A DNA stretch of 63,712 nt, filler included, from Octopus bimaculoides (lineage: Eukaryota): assembly GCF_001194135.2 (NCBI RefSeq). It is 5 parts of 4 records of this genome, joined end to end, with 100 filler letters (N's around TTAATTAATTAA, not from the genome) between each part and the next. Parts side by side here need not be neighbours in the genome. Positions count along the whole stretch, not along the records: positions 43,541 to 59,417 come from NC_068982.1; positions 59,518 to 63,712 come from NC_069010.1; 3 more parts are not named here. The stretch is one strand, 5' to 3'. Shown here in pieces: positions 52,695 through 63,712 of this stretch. A program made the translations under genes and the position numbers. Numbering within the stretch: the first letter of the stretch is position 1; every line of letters begins with the position of its first letter. Under the pieces are notes generated by a model. It had not been told where the DNA came from. It did not search any database and saw only the letters and a program-made list of their open reading frames with translations.

Positions 52695-52900
52695 TACCTT
52701 TTACTTGTTTCAGTCATTGGAATGTGGCCATGCTGGAGTAGTGTCACAAAGAGCTTAGTTGATGAAATCAGCTCCAATATTCATTTTTAAATCTGGTACT
52801 TATTGATCTCTTTTGCTGAATTACTAAGTTATGGGAATGTAAAAAAATACACACCAGCAGTCAAGTGATGTGGAGGACCAACACAAAGACACACAAACAC
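52695..52900 (-). mobile_element. SINE family A 3' part, decayed
   Basis: TTTTACTTGTTTCAGTCATTGGAATGTGGCCATGCTGG..CACCAGCAGTCAAGTGATG. Confidence 0.75.
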
Positions 52901-52929
52901 ACAACTACATATATATGTGTGTAAACCTG

Positions 52930-52971
<42 letters not shown>

Positions 52972-52974
<3 letters not shown>

Positions 52975-53340
52975 AGGTTATGAGAGGTAATGGTGACAGT
53001 GAGACCCAAAGGTGTCAGGTAATGCTGAATAAGTGCTATGGATAGACCATAGTTAAGTTCCAGGTTCGGTGATTATGCGATTAAGGGGTCCAACATAGGT
53101 CACATATCAGCATGTGTATATAAAAAATTGTTTTTTGTAATGAGATAAAAAACCAAGGCTGTGTAGATTTTAGAACATTTATAAATAGGTCTTACAGCTG
53201 TTTCCAGGATATCCTGGAAGCAGCTGTAAGACCTTCTATTTATAAATGTCCTAAAATCTACACAGCCTTGGTTTTTTATCTCATTACAAAAAAAATTTTG
53301 AATCCTTCATAATGACCAATGAATATTCTAGAAATCTCAG
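52972..53340. mobile_element. Penelope-like terminal fragment with a near-perfect inverted duplication
   Basis: Arms 53131-53210 and 53211-53293 differ by 2 mismatches and a 3-nt bulge. They carry GAAACAGCTGTAAGACC, the 3' half of the family 2 hammerhead. Confidence 0.7.
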
Positions 53341-54139
53341 TTAAGAGAGACAAATAATTACTGAAATTTAAGACACATTGACCATTACACTAATCGCTAC
53401 AAGACAGAAGCTATACATTAAATATGACCGTTCGGTACATCACAGTTGCTTTATATTAAACTATACACAGCTTGATGCTTTAGTTAATTTGGAGGGAGCT
53501 GAATGGGCCCCCAACCTGTCCTGTGTTATTTCAGTTTCATATTCAGTTTGACAGGTTTGAGCCGATATTGTTGTCCTCATCTTTGTTCTCTGTGGCATTC
53601 ATTTCGTTGCAAGCTGAAACAGAAGTTGAAACAATTAAGAACAAACTAACATGGCAGGAACAAAACATATGAAAACAAAGCTTCAGTGTCTAGATAAACT
53701 GTGTTATCTAGACACAGTTTACGGTCATGTAAAATAAACAAAAGTTCTCGTCAAATCACTAAACTAATTAATGCCAAGTCATGTTACCAAGTCACTTGGT
53801 AAAAAATGAGATAATGTAAGCATTTGTTTTGATTGTTTTCTGATTTAACATTTATAAAGCTGATGTCAACATTGTGGTACCTTCACAGTGAACTGATTTT
53901 GTCACCTAGTTTCTAAACAACAGTTGGAATTTTGTTTTTATTACTTTATTCTTCTCAAAGAATATCAATATCGATACAGATTTAGATTATTGCACAGAGA
54001 TAATAACAATGATGTGATGGTGAGAACAATAATGATAGTAGAGGTAATGATGATGGAGGTAATATGACAAAGATAATATATTTCTTCAATGCCAAGACTG
54101 GTCTACTTTTCTTTCATGGTTGAAGACATTTCAAAATAT

Positions 54140-54270
54140 ACAGTTCAAATTTACAGAAAACAAAAGATGAAGACAGGTGAAGGAACAACAAGCAGGTGTA
54201 TTTGTTTAATGCTCAAAGAGAATAAAAAAGTCTTTAACATTTTGAGCCTATGCTCCTTGACAGAAAGGAT
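54140..54270 (-). mobile_element. HHR family 3 element fragment with decayed hammerhead (54232-54267)
   Basis: Minus strand: CTTT-CTGTCAA-GGAGC-ATAG-GCTC-AAAA-TGTT-AAAG. The downstream sequence recurs at 59325-59395. Confidence 0.5.
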
Positions 54271-54287
54271 TGGGAGGATACCTTATA

Positions 54288-54660
54288 GCCCTGTAGTAAA
54301 GAAGTTTGCTTCCTATTCACATAGTTTGCAATTCAGTCCCACTGAGAGGCACTTTGGGCAAGTGTCTACTCTAGCCCCAGGGCCAACCAAAATCTTGTGA
54401 TTTGATTTGATAAACAGAAACTGAAAGAAGACCACTCTGTGTGTGTGCATGAGAGGGAGATTATGTGTTTGTGTGTATGTTTGTTAACTATCTCCTTGTC
54501 TTGACATAATGTGATGCTTGTAGATGAGCATCACTGTCATACAAGCAGTGTCCATTTCTTATCTTCCTTGTAAACATGTCCGGCCATAGGGAAATATTAC
54601 CTTACTTGAAAATAGGCGAAAGTTGGAAACAAGAAGGGCCTCTGGCCATAGAATATCTGT
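54288..54660 (+). mobile_element. SINE family A head with an alternative tail
   Basis: AAGAAGTTTGCTTCC..TTCAGTCCCACTG..GGCACTTTGGGCAAGTGTCT; the tail is shared with the 58.6-58.98 kb copy. Confidence 0.8.
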
Positions 54661-54965
54661 AAGCATAAATATACATACGGATGAACACGTATACATATTT
54701 ACAAATGTACGCACACACCTTATATCTATACAAAGAGAATTCCTACAGGGAAAACAAAATAGACATGAAGCTTAGATTTAGATATTTGGATATCTTAACA
54801 ACAAAATAGATCTTTGAAGTGGGTTGAGTGATCTTCTTTACTTTAATGAATAGTTTTTAAATTTCAATTTTAATTAGACAATCAGAAATTATACAAGAGA
54901 GGTAATTCATGAAGGCATCGAAGGGAAGCAATCAAACGCTCACCTTCATACATATGTGTAATTTT

Positions 54966-55250
54966 CTTTTCTTTTACTTGTTTCAGTCACTGGGGCACCA
55001 TAATGATGGGTTTATTTGAACACATTGATCCCCGAAGCGCTACATTACTGGGACGTAAACAAACCAACACAGGTTTACCAAGCGGTGGTGGGGACAAACT
55101 CAACACAAAGATGGACTCCTTTCAGTTTCCATCCATTAAATTCACTCACAAGGCTTTCGTCAACTCAGAGAGGTAACGAAAAACATTTTCCCAAGGTGAT
55201 GTGCAAATGGACTGAACCTAAGACCACATGGTTGGAAAGCAAGCTTAATA
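54966..55250 (-). mobile_element. SINE family A
   Basis: TTTTACTTGTTTCAGTCA..CAGTTTCCATCCATTAAATTCACTCACAAGGCTTT..CCCAAGGTG..GGACTGAACC. Confidence 0.85.
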
Positions 55251-55529
55251 TTCAACAAAAATGCTAACAATGACTTTGAAGTTTCGTCATCAAAATGTAA
55301 ACCTTGGTAAAATGTAATAAACGTATTTTAAGAAAAGAATTGAGTGATCCTTCAATTTAATGTTAAATTATATATATATATAATATTTGCAAAGGGAAGT
55401 CATCTTTCCCATCTCCAGCCTGACGTGATACACACGGACCCGAGTTTCTGGGTATTGACCCGTCATCAGTGTGTGACAACCACCGGTCGGCGATGGAAAG
55501 TGGTTCTCAATGCAAATATATATATATAT

Positions 55530-55920
55530 TGCGAAGACTTATTGGGGCAAGCGAAAGCGAAATCCGGATGGCACCTGTGCCCAGCGTTTCCTTTCTGGCA
55601 CTTGTGCCCGTGGCATGTGTAATGGACTTTCGAGCGAGATCGTTACCAGTGCCCCTGGACTGACTCTTGTGCGGGTGGCACATAAAATACACCATTTGAG
55701 CGTGGCCGTTGCCAGTACCGCCTGACTGGCCTCGTGCGGGTGACACGTAAAAGCACCCACTACACTCTCTGGCGTTAGGAAGGGCATCCAGCTGTAGAAA
55801 CTCTGCCAAATCAGATTGGAGCCTGGTGTAGCCATCCGGTTTCACCAGTCCTCAGTCAAATCGTCCAACCCATGCTAGCATGGAAAGCGGACGTTAAACG
55901 ATGATGATGATGATGATGAT
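55530..55920 (+). mobile_element. Family C (RTE-tail-like), well preserved
   Basis: Ends GCATGGAAAGCGGACGTTAAAC(GAT)n; near-identical to the minus-strand copies at 61.9-63.1 kb. Confidence 0.9.
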
Positions 55921-56342
55921 ATAGATATATATATACTTTTTCCAGTGACGAAAAGTCACCAATCTCGAAAAAGTGGAAACAAGCAATAATAAATCTCTGA
56001 GTGAGGTATAAACAGTAGCTGCACGACGTCGTGAAGTGTATTTGCCACCTGAATGTGGTTAACCTTTAAGGGTTGATGCTACTGTAGCTTGTAGCCCCAG
56101 GAAGACATCTCCTCCAGCTGGCTATTGACACACTTTCTATACATACATATAATAACTTCACTTAAACACACACACCCAAATATATATATAACAGGTTGAC
56201 TTCGCTCCTCGTGTTAGTTAAAGTTACGCGGATGTTAGAAAACACGACTAGCTCCTCCGACTTAATGGAGATAAGGTGGATAAATAACACAAAACAAGAT
56301 GGCTTTTTTCTTAAAGAGTGAAATTAACCCTCATTAATATAT

Positions 56343-56544
56343 AGTTGGTAAAATCGTTAGCGCACCACGGCAAAATACATAGCGGCATTTCGTCTGTTTT
56401 TACGTTGAGTTCAAATTTCACCGTCGACTTTGACTTCATCCTTTTGGGATCGATAAAATAAGTACTAGTTGAGCACTGAGGTCGATGTAATCGAGTAGTC
56501 ACCCTCCCCACGAACTTGCTGGCCTTGTGCCATAATTTGAAACC
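56343..56544 (+). mobile_element. SINE family B
   Basis: AAATCGTTAGC..GAGTTCAAATTTCACCGTCGACTTTGACTTCATCCTTTTGGGATCGATAAAATAAGTACTAG..GGCCTTGTGCC. Confidence 0.85.
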
Positions 56545-57940
56545 AATATGTAATAATGACGATGATGATAAGATATTGATCTTAGCCATAAGGCTGATCC
56601 GTTGTATTTCAGCAACCAATTGCACTTTGAACATCCAATGCAAAAGTAACAAACAACCACAAACGTACATAGGGAACAGATTATATAAACTTATCATCCG
56701 GTGGAGGGACAGCCATGGTTGGACTTTAAATACAGTCGGTGAACAACTGTTGTACACAGACGCGACTTCCAGTTTAAAGTGAGGAGAGATTTCAAAGTGA
56801 TTTATTTCATAAAAAACAGAAACACGAAACCACCATAACATTATTATTAATCACAACAATATGAACTTGGCTGGTTAATTATTAATTATATTTTCATTAA
56901 CAAATCAAAAAGCTCATCATATGGTTGTGATTACTACCTTCTATTTGTTATTTAATTATATTTATATTTTTATGAGAGACAAGTATGATTAATGTATCTA
57001 AAACTAATTTTCTAAGAATACTGGGTGATCCTACAGGACATAGTTACGAATTATCTGCTGTACTAAAAGTAATAATGTTTAAAGCTTAAACAAGAAAAAA
57101 AGAAAAGAAAAATAAAGGGGGCGGAATTTGGAATTATTTTCAAATAATGACATTTAATAAGTGATTTTTAAAGATTTAAATATTCGTTTTGCATACTTGA
57201 GATATCCAACTCTATTTTTGTATTTTCCAGGATTGTTTTGGTTTTATTCTCTAATACACACGCACACCTAAAATCAAAGATTAACAACACAGTATCTCAT
57301 AAATCCAACAAGTTAAAACTGGAAAAATAATTACGGGAGGTGGTAGAAATAAAACTCTCACCCCTACTCTGTAATTTACTATGCTTAAAACAGAGATCCG
57401 AAGAAATTACTGCTTTCGGCATACTAGATTAATTTCCGACTCTATAGGAATGCCGAATACTGAATTGTCTCTATCTATGATTTCAGCAAACCTTACTCGT
57501 GCACAAATATTTGGCAAGGAAAGTCCTGCTATTGCTGTGTATTTTATACACGAGAAGTCGAGAATTATTCCTGTAAGGAATGAAAAAGAAGTGAATATAC
57601 TAACAGATAGTTCAAACTACAGTGAAAATTTCGATCTCACAGTGAACGGATATATTATCGAATGTGTCATTACAAAACAAAAAAAAAACGATGTAAGTGA
57701 AATGTACTCACTTTTAAGTCACATATGCTTACTTAGAATTACAAATATTGCAATGAAACACTCTATACGAGTTATATGTAAGAGACCCGAATACAAGAGA
57801 GCAAAAAAAAAAAAAAAAGCCATCATGTACAATGCAGGGTAGGTAACTCTGCACTGCCTCGGTTCATTAATTTTTATAGTGGAAATGACGGGTGATTTAT
57901 TCTGATGGAAACGGCATTTTCTTCGATCATACATACATAC

Positions 57941-58010
<70 letters not shown>

Positions 58011-58594
58011 GATTTAATTTTCCAAACATTGAAATTAGTGATATATGAGATAAGAAATATTTAAAAGAATTCAGTAATATAAAAATGGAATTATGCTGAA
58101 AAAAAAAATGCAACTGCCTTGAGCAAAACCCTAAAGAAGAACAATACGTGTATGCCTGTTTATATATAAACAGCGAGGTAGAGAGAAAATAGAACTGAAG
58201 AGTGTATGCATGTAATATATTAGATGCAGGAAAAGAAAAACAAAAAAACAAGCACATTACAAAATGTATGATTCTTGAGAATGATATTCTTTCTCCTTAT
58301 GATGTAGAAACATTTCTCATGGCACCAGCAGACAAATTGGAAAAGGACTCTTTAATATGATTATGGACTTCAAGATTATCAAAGGAGGCAAAAGTGATTA
58401 TTGTGGTGTTTATCATTGTTCAAGACACAAGTGATATAAATGACACAAAGTTGGTGACCGAGTCATAGATTTGTATCACTAAAAGTATACTTTTACATTG
58501 CTACGAACCAACATATTGCAGTTATATCAAGGAACAGACATTGGAGATATTTAAGAACACATGAAATCCTTAGTTTTCACTTTTTGTTAACAGA

Positions 58595-58985
58595 CATGAT
58601 TGTGTGATTAAGAAGTTCATTCCCCAACCACATAGTTCCAGGTTCAGTCTCAATGCATGTCACTTGGGCCAAGTGTCTTCTACAATAGCACTGGATCAAC
58701 CAAAGTTTTGTGAGTGGATTTGGTAGACAGAAAATCAAAGAAGTACGTGTGTGTATCTTTGTGTGTGTGTTCTTGTTTTGACTTTAAATAATAGCTGTAA
58801 GAAAGCATCACCATCATACAAGCTGTGGTTTTCATTTCCATGAAAACATGTCTAGCCAAGAAGAGACATTACTTTACTTGGAAACAGGTTAGAGTTGATG
58901 ACAGGAAGAGCATCTGGCCTCAACAAATTCTGTCTGTCCTATGCAAACATGGAAAAGTGAACATTAAAAATGACAATGATGAAGA
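58595..58985 (+). mobile_element. SINE family A head with an RTE-like tail
   Basis: CCCAACCACATAGTTCCAGGTTCAGT..TTGGGCCAAGTGTCTTCTAC; ends CCTATGCAAACATGGAAAAGTGAACATTAAA..ATGATGA. Confidence 0.8.
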
Positions 58986-59517
58986 TAAGTGTATTTAATT
59001 TATCATGATGTGGTAAAAAGTTCTTAAGTTCTGCCATGATTCTTCTGCATCAATGTCAGTAACCAAATCACAGAAGTGTGTAAAGAAAAAAACAAAGGAA
59101 AGGAAAGCATTTCTATTCATCATAATAACAGACAGGATAAGAGAGGACTGTTAAGAAATAACAAGTGAAAATGGCAGTTTTTGTGAGTTCTTAAAAAACT
59201 AAGATCATTCTATTATGATATGTTTCAGTTTTAACAGAAGATCAAAGAAGTTAAACTCATCATTATTATTTTATGGTCACTACTTCATGCTGGCATGGTG
59301 TGGGACACACACACACACAGAGTCCAAATTTACAGAAAGCAAAAGACAAAGACAGGTGAGGGAACAACAAGCAAGTGTATTAGTTTGATACTTGGGAAGA
59401 AAATATATATATAAATANNNNNNNNNNNNNNNNNNNNNNNNNNNNNNNNNNNNNNNNNNNNTTAATTAATTAANNNNNNNNNNNNNNNNNNNNNNNNNNN
59501 NNNNNNNNNNNNNNNNN

Positions 59518-59892
59518 TGGCACGTATAAATGACGAAGCCACCTTGACCATGATTCTATAAAACGTTTTAAAATTTTGTAAACAGAGAGTTACTTACATT
59601 TCTTGCTTAAATAAAAGGAATTTTATTTAACAAACTGTGACGCTAAAGACCGAGGTTACCGTGGTCTTTTCGTAGGTTTTTCTTTCCACGGATAACCTCC
59701 CCATTTATTGGGAATTTTTTGTATTATTTCGTATTTTTTGTAAATACCCCAAACGTTTTGCGATGTTTTTTTTTCATCGTTGTCCCCACTTTTGTTTTTT
59801 TTCTGCTTTGTTTTCGACCCCCTCGAAAAGAAAAACTCTACATTTGTATTTTGTCCACTCTGTGTTGAGCCCTGTGTGGCTAATAAAGAAAC
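59518..59892 (+). mobile_element. Tx1-like LINE 3' end followed by (CTAT)n
   Basis: ARINDEATLTMIL* resembles the ORF2 end VRINGPTLS at 19.85 kb; AATAAA at 59882; (CTAT)n from 59893. Confidence 0.7.
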
Positions 59893-60435
59893 CTATCTAT
59901 CTATCTATCTATCTAATTGTCTGTCTATGTATGTATGTATGTATCTATATATCTATCTATCTATCTGTCTGTTTATTTATCTATCACTTCAAGTGTCTGT
60001 CTCTCTTTGAGTGGTGGTGATGGTGGTGGTTGTGGCTGTAGTGGTAGTGGAGGTGGTAGTGATGGTGGTGGTGGAGCTAGTAACGAAGATGTTGATGAGA
60101 GTAGCAATGATGACAACCATATTGATAACGACGATTCTAATGGAGAAAATTGTGAATTTGTTGATGGAATTGAAAGGGTTACACAAGCGGGAGACTGGTG
60201 TAGGGGCTGTCGGCAGATAGACAGAGCCAGGGTTAATCGTTTACTAATGTAGGTTAACGAGGCTAGCAAGGCTACAAATTGGATATTCATGTCCCCATTT
60301 AGCCAAACCCAGGGTGAAATTAAAGCTGGTAAATTATAAACATTATTGCGTCATGAGGAAACATGTCTGGATGTATTTTAAGGAGGAGATAGTCTTACAG
60401 TTGTTAATAATACAAGCAGCTACAAATGTGAGTGT

Positions 60436-60485
<50 letters not shown>

Positions 60486-61619
60486 NNNNNNNNNNNNNNN
60501 NNNNNNNNNNNNNNNNNNNNNNNNNNNNNNNNNNNNNNNNNNNNNNNNNNNNNNNNNNNNNNNNNNNNNNNNNNNNNNNNNNNNNNNNNNNNNNNNNNNN
60601 NNNNNNNNNNNNNNNNNNNNNNNNNNNNNNNNNNNNNNNNNNNNNNNNNNNNNNNNNNNNNNNNNNNNNNNNNNNNNNNNNNNNNNNNNNNNNNNNNNNN
60701 NNNNNNNNNNNNNNNNNNNNNNCCCCCCCCGATTCTTCTCTTCCTTTCACCGTTCCCTCTCTCACTCCTCCTCCTTGGCCCTCTCTTCGCTGACACGTGA
60801 CAAAAGGGATTCTTTCTTTCTATTTCCTGCCATCCTACAGACAAGAAGCAAATTTTTTCACTCTCTAACTAGCGTTCAAAATAATAATTTTTCTATCGTC
60901 TTGGCCTAACAGCTCTAACCGTTTATTCTCACTGTCATGTCTTGTTTTTACTGTCTTGTTCTCACTGTCCTGTTCTTCTTTACAATTTCACCCTCCACAA
61001 AAATTTCCAAATTTTAATTAATTTGCTTTGCGGGAAGGACTTCTCCAATGGAGTCGCGCATTGTCCTTCCCTTCGAAACACAGAGTAGATGGAACAGGGA
61101 CAACTGAAGAAGGGTAATATTCTTTATGTTGCATGTCTCGTTTCTGTTTCGAAAAAAAAGTTCGTTTTCTGTCTTCGTCTTTATGTTTAGGTTTCTCATT
61201 GTGATGTCCTATACCCATATATGCTTGTATGTATACATATAGATGTCAGTATGTACATATATGTATGGATATATGCATATAATTATATATACAAACACAC
61301 AAACAGCATTTCAAAAAGAAACCAGCGCATCATCGTCAACAGCTTGTTGGCACCTGGCACACATGGATGTATAGAATGTACGAAAGAAGAAAAGCAAGTG
61401 ATCAACAGCATTCAATAATCAATATACCAGATTGTTCTCTTTCTCACATAATGGAGCAATCCAGCAGCAACAGCAGCAGCTTCTGTTGTGTGGTGTACAA
61501 TAAACAAATACGTGACAAATAAAGGAGGACAAATGTAACAAAATACATGTTCCTACAGCAGAGAAATTTAAATTTAAAGAGCAATTAGGCCAACAACGTT
61601 ATCATTATCCCCTTCATGC

Positions 61620-61860
61620 ATGTGTGCGTGTGCGCGGGCGCGTCTTTGTGTCTGTGTTTGTCCTTCACCATGGCCTGACAACAGCTGTGGGTGTGTTTAC
61701 ATCCCCGTGACCTAGCGGTTCAGCAAAAAAGAGACCTATGGAATAAGTACCAGGCTTTGAGACCATAAATGAGTTCTGGGGTCGTTTCATTTGACTAAAA
61801 TAAATTTGAGGCGGTGCTCCAGCATGGCCGGACAAATGACTGAAACAAGTAAAAGAGATA
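61620..61860 (+). mobile_element. SINE family A, 3' half
   Basis: GTGTTTGTCC..CATCCCCGTGACCTAGCGGTTCAGC..GGCGGTGCTCCAGCATGGCCG..GACTGAAACAAGTAAAAGAG. Confidence 0.85.
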
Positions 61861-61912
61861 TATATATAATATGTATATGTATATATATGTGTGTGTGTGA
61901 GTGTATATATAT

Positions 61913-62385
61913 ATCATCATCATCATCGTTTAACGTCCGCTTTCCATGCTAGCATGGGTTGGATGATTTGACCGAAGACTGGTGAAACCAGATGGCTACA
62001 CCAGGCTCCAATCTGATTTGGCAGAGTTTCTACACCTGGATGCCCTTNNNNNNNNNNTGGCTACACCAGGCTCCAATCTGATTTGGCAGAGTTTCTACAC
62101 CTGGATGCCCTTTCTAACGCCAACCACTCCGAGAGTGTAGTGGGTGCTTTTACATGAAGGCCAGTCAGGCGGTACTGGTAACGGCCATGCTCAAAATGGT
62201 GTATTTTACGTACCACCTGCACAGGCAACGATCTCGCTTGAATGTTTTTTTCACGTGCTACTGGCACAAGTGCCAGGAAGGCGACGCTGGGCACAGGTGC
62301 CATCACGATTTTGCTTTCGCTTGCTCCAACAGGTCTTCGCAAGCCGAGTTTAGTGTCCAATGAAAGAGACGAAGTTGGCATGGAT
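61913..62385 (-). mobile_element. Family C copy (contains a gap artefact)
   Basis: (CAT)n-CGTTTAACGTCCGCTTTCCATGCTAGCATGGG..; reverse complement of the 55.5-55.9 kb copy. Confidence 0.9.
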
Positions 62386-62436
62386 GCCAGTCATTGAATA
62401 CATATGTATGTATGTATACAGGTATACTCTCTCTCT

Positions 62437-62787
62437 TTACTCTTTTACTTGTTTCAGTCATTTGACTGCGGCCATGCTGGGGCACCACCTTTAGTCGAGC
62501 AAATCGACCCCAGGACTTATTCTTTGTAAGCCTAGTACTTATTCTATCGGTCACTTTTGCTGAACCGCTAAGTTACGGGGATGTAAACACACCAGCATCG
62601 GTTGTCAAGCGATGTTGAGGGGAGAAACATAGACACACACATATATATATATATACGACGGGCTTCTTTCAGTTTGCGTCTACCAAATCCACTCACAAGG
62701 CTTTGGTCGGCCCGAGGCTGTAGTAGAAGACACTTGCCCAAGGTTGTCACGCAGCGGGACTGAACCCGGAACCATGTGGTTGGTAAG
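62437..62787 (-). mobile_element. SINE family A, near full length
   Basis: All modules are present and CpGs are retained. Confidence 0.9.
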
Positions 62788-62814
62788 CATGTATGTATAT
62801 ATATATATATTCAC

Positions 62815-63118
62815 ATCATCATCATCATCATCGTTTTAACGTCCGCTTTCCATGCTAGCATGGGTTGGACGATTTGACTGAGGACTGGTGAAACCGGATG
62901 GCTACACCAGGCTCCAATCTAATTTGGCAGAGTTTCTACACCTGGATGCCCTTCCTAACGCCAACCACTCAGAGAGTGTAGTGGGTGCTTTTACGTGTCA
63001 CCCGCACGAAGGCCAGTCAGGCGGTACTGGCAACGGCCACGCTCAAAATGGTGTCTTTTATGTGCCACCTGCACAAGAGCCAGTCCAGGGGCATTGGCAA
63101 CGATCTCGCTCGAAAATC
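62815..63118 (-). mobile_element. Family C copy
   Basis: Near-identical reverse complement of 55630-55920. Confidence 0.9.
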
Positions 63119-63129
63119 CTATATATACA

Positions 63130-63285
63130 TATAAATATACGATGGGCTTCTTTCATTTTCCGACCACCAAATCCACTCACAAGGCCTTGGTTGGCCAAAG
63201 GCCACAGTGGAAGACACTTGCCTATGGTACCACACAGTGAGACTGAACCCAAAACCATGTGGTTGGGAAGCAACCTTCTTACCAC
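63130..63285 (-). mobile_element. SINE family A, 5' half
   Basis: GGGCTTCTTTCA..AAATCCACTCACAAGGCCTT..GAAGACACTTGCC..ACTGAACC..AACCATGTGGTTGGGAAGC. Confidence 0.85.
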
Positions 63286-63529
63286 GTACAGATCGTAGAT
63301 GTGTCCAGATCATGACTCTCGTCCTGTGCCACCCCACCTCGAATCTGTCTAGTCGAATTCATTACCTTTGTTTTTCTTTTTATCTCGTTATTACCTTAAC
63401 AAACCTCGTTAACAAAACAAGTGCTAATTAATGGCTCGTTCAGTGGAAGTCATTCTTTCCGTTGAGGATGAATGAGAAACAAAACGAAAGCCATGCTTGA
63501 CACCATGGAAACTAGTTGCTATGGTTGTT

Positions 63530-63712
63530 TGGGGTGAGAGTGGGGTGAAAGGGAGACGAGGGGACGGTGGGAGATGACGGGGGAGGGGTAGGAGGAAGGG
63601 AAAGGAGAAGAGGGGAAGATGGGAAGGAGGAGAAGAAGAGGAGGGAGAAAGAAGATGGGGTGCGGAGAAGAGGGGAAGATGGGAAGGAGGGGGAGAAATA
63701 TGGGGAGCAGAG
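63530..63712. repeat. Purine-rich (G/A) low-complexity tract with the repeated unit GAGAAGAGGGGAAGATGGGAAGGAGG
   Basis: Seen directly in the sequence. Confidence 0.85.

Noticed and set aside
61993-62112. 55-bp direct duplication around a 10-N gap
   Set aside because: Exact duplicate on both sides of a gap, typical of unmerged contig overlap.

Overview
Eukaryotic (animal) genomic scaffold: AT-rich, dense in microsatellites and broken by many N gaps. The SINE, LINE and microsatellite content is most consistent with a coleoid cephalopod (octopus-like); this is inference, not a database result. I could not recognise any host protein-coding gene, and most entries in the supplied ORF track are translated microsatellites or N runs. 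The window is mostly decayed mobile DNA: three recurrent SINE-like families, four R4/Dong-like LINE relics, Tx1/L1-like ORF1 and ORF2 pieces tied to (GATA)n, RTE and CR1/L2-like fragments, a decayed mariner, a mariner deletion derivative and a hAT-type MITE. The most interesting signal is a recurrent non-autonomous element built as tRNA-like Pol III head + (AAT)n spacer + minimal type I hammerhead ribozyme (HHR) module, with inverted partial copies at its 5' end as seen in Penelope-like retroelements (21.8-23.8 kb and 47.65-48.03 kb). Two further HHR-bearing families lie at 31.1, 31.5, 53.2 and 54.2 kb. A CpG-depleted to CpG-retaining transition at about 47-58 kb hints at a hidden gene body and promoter.
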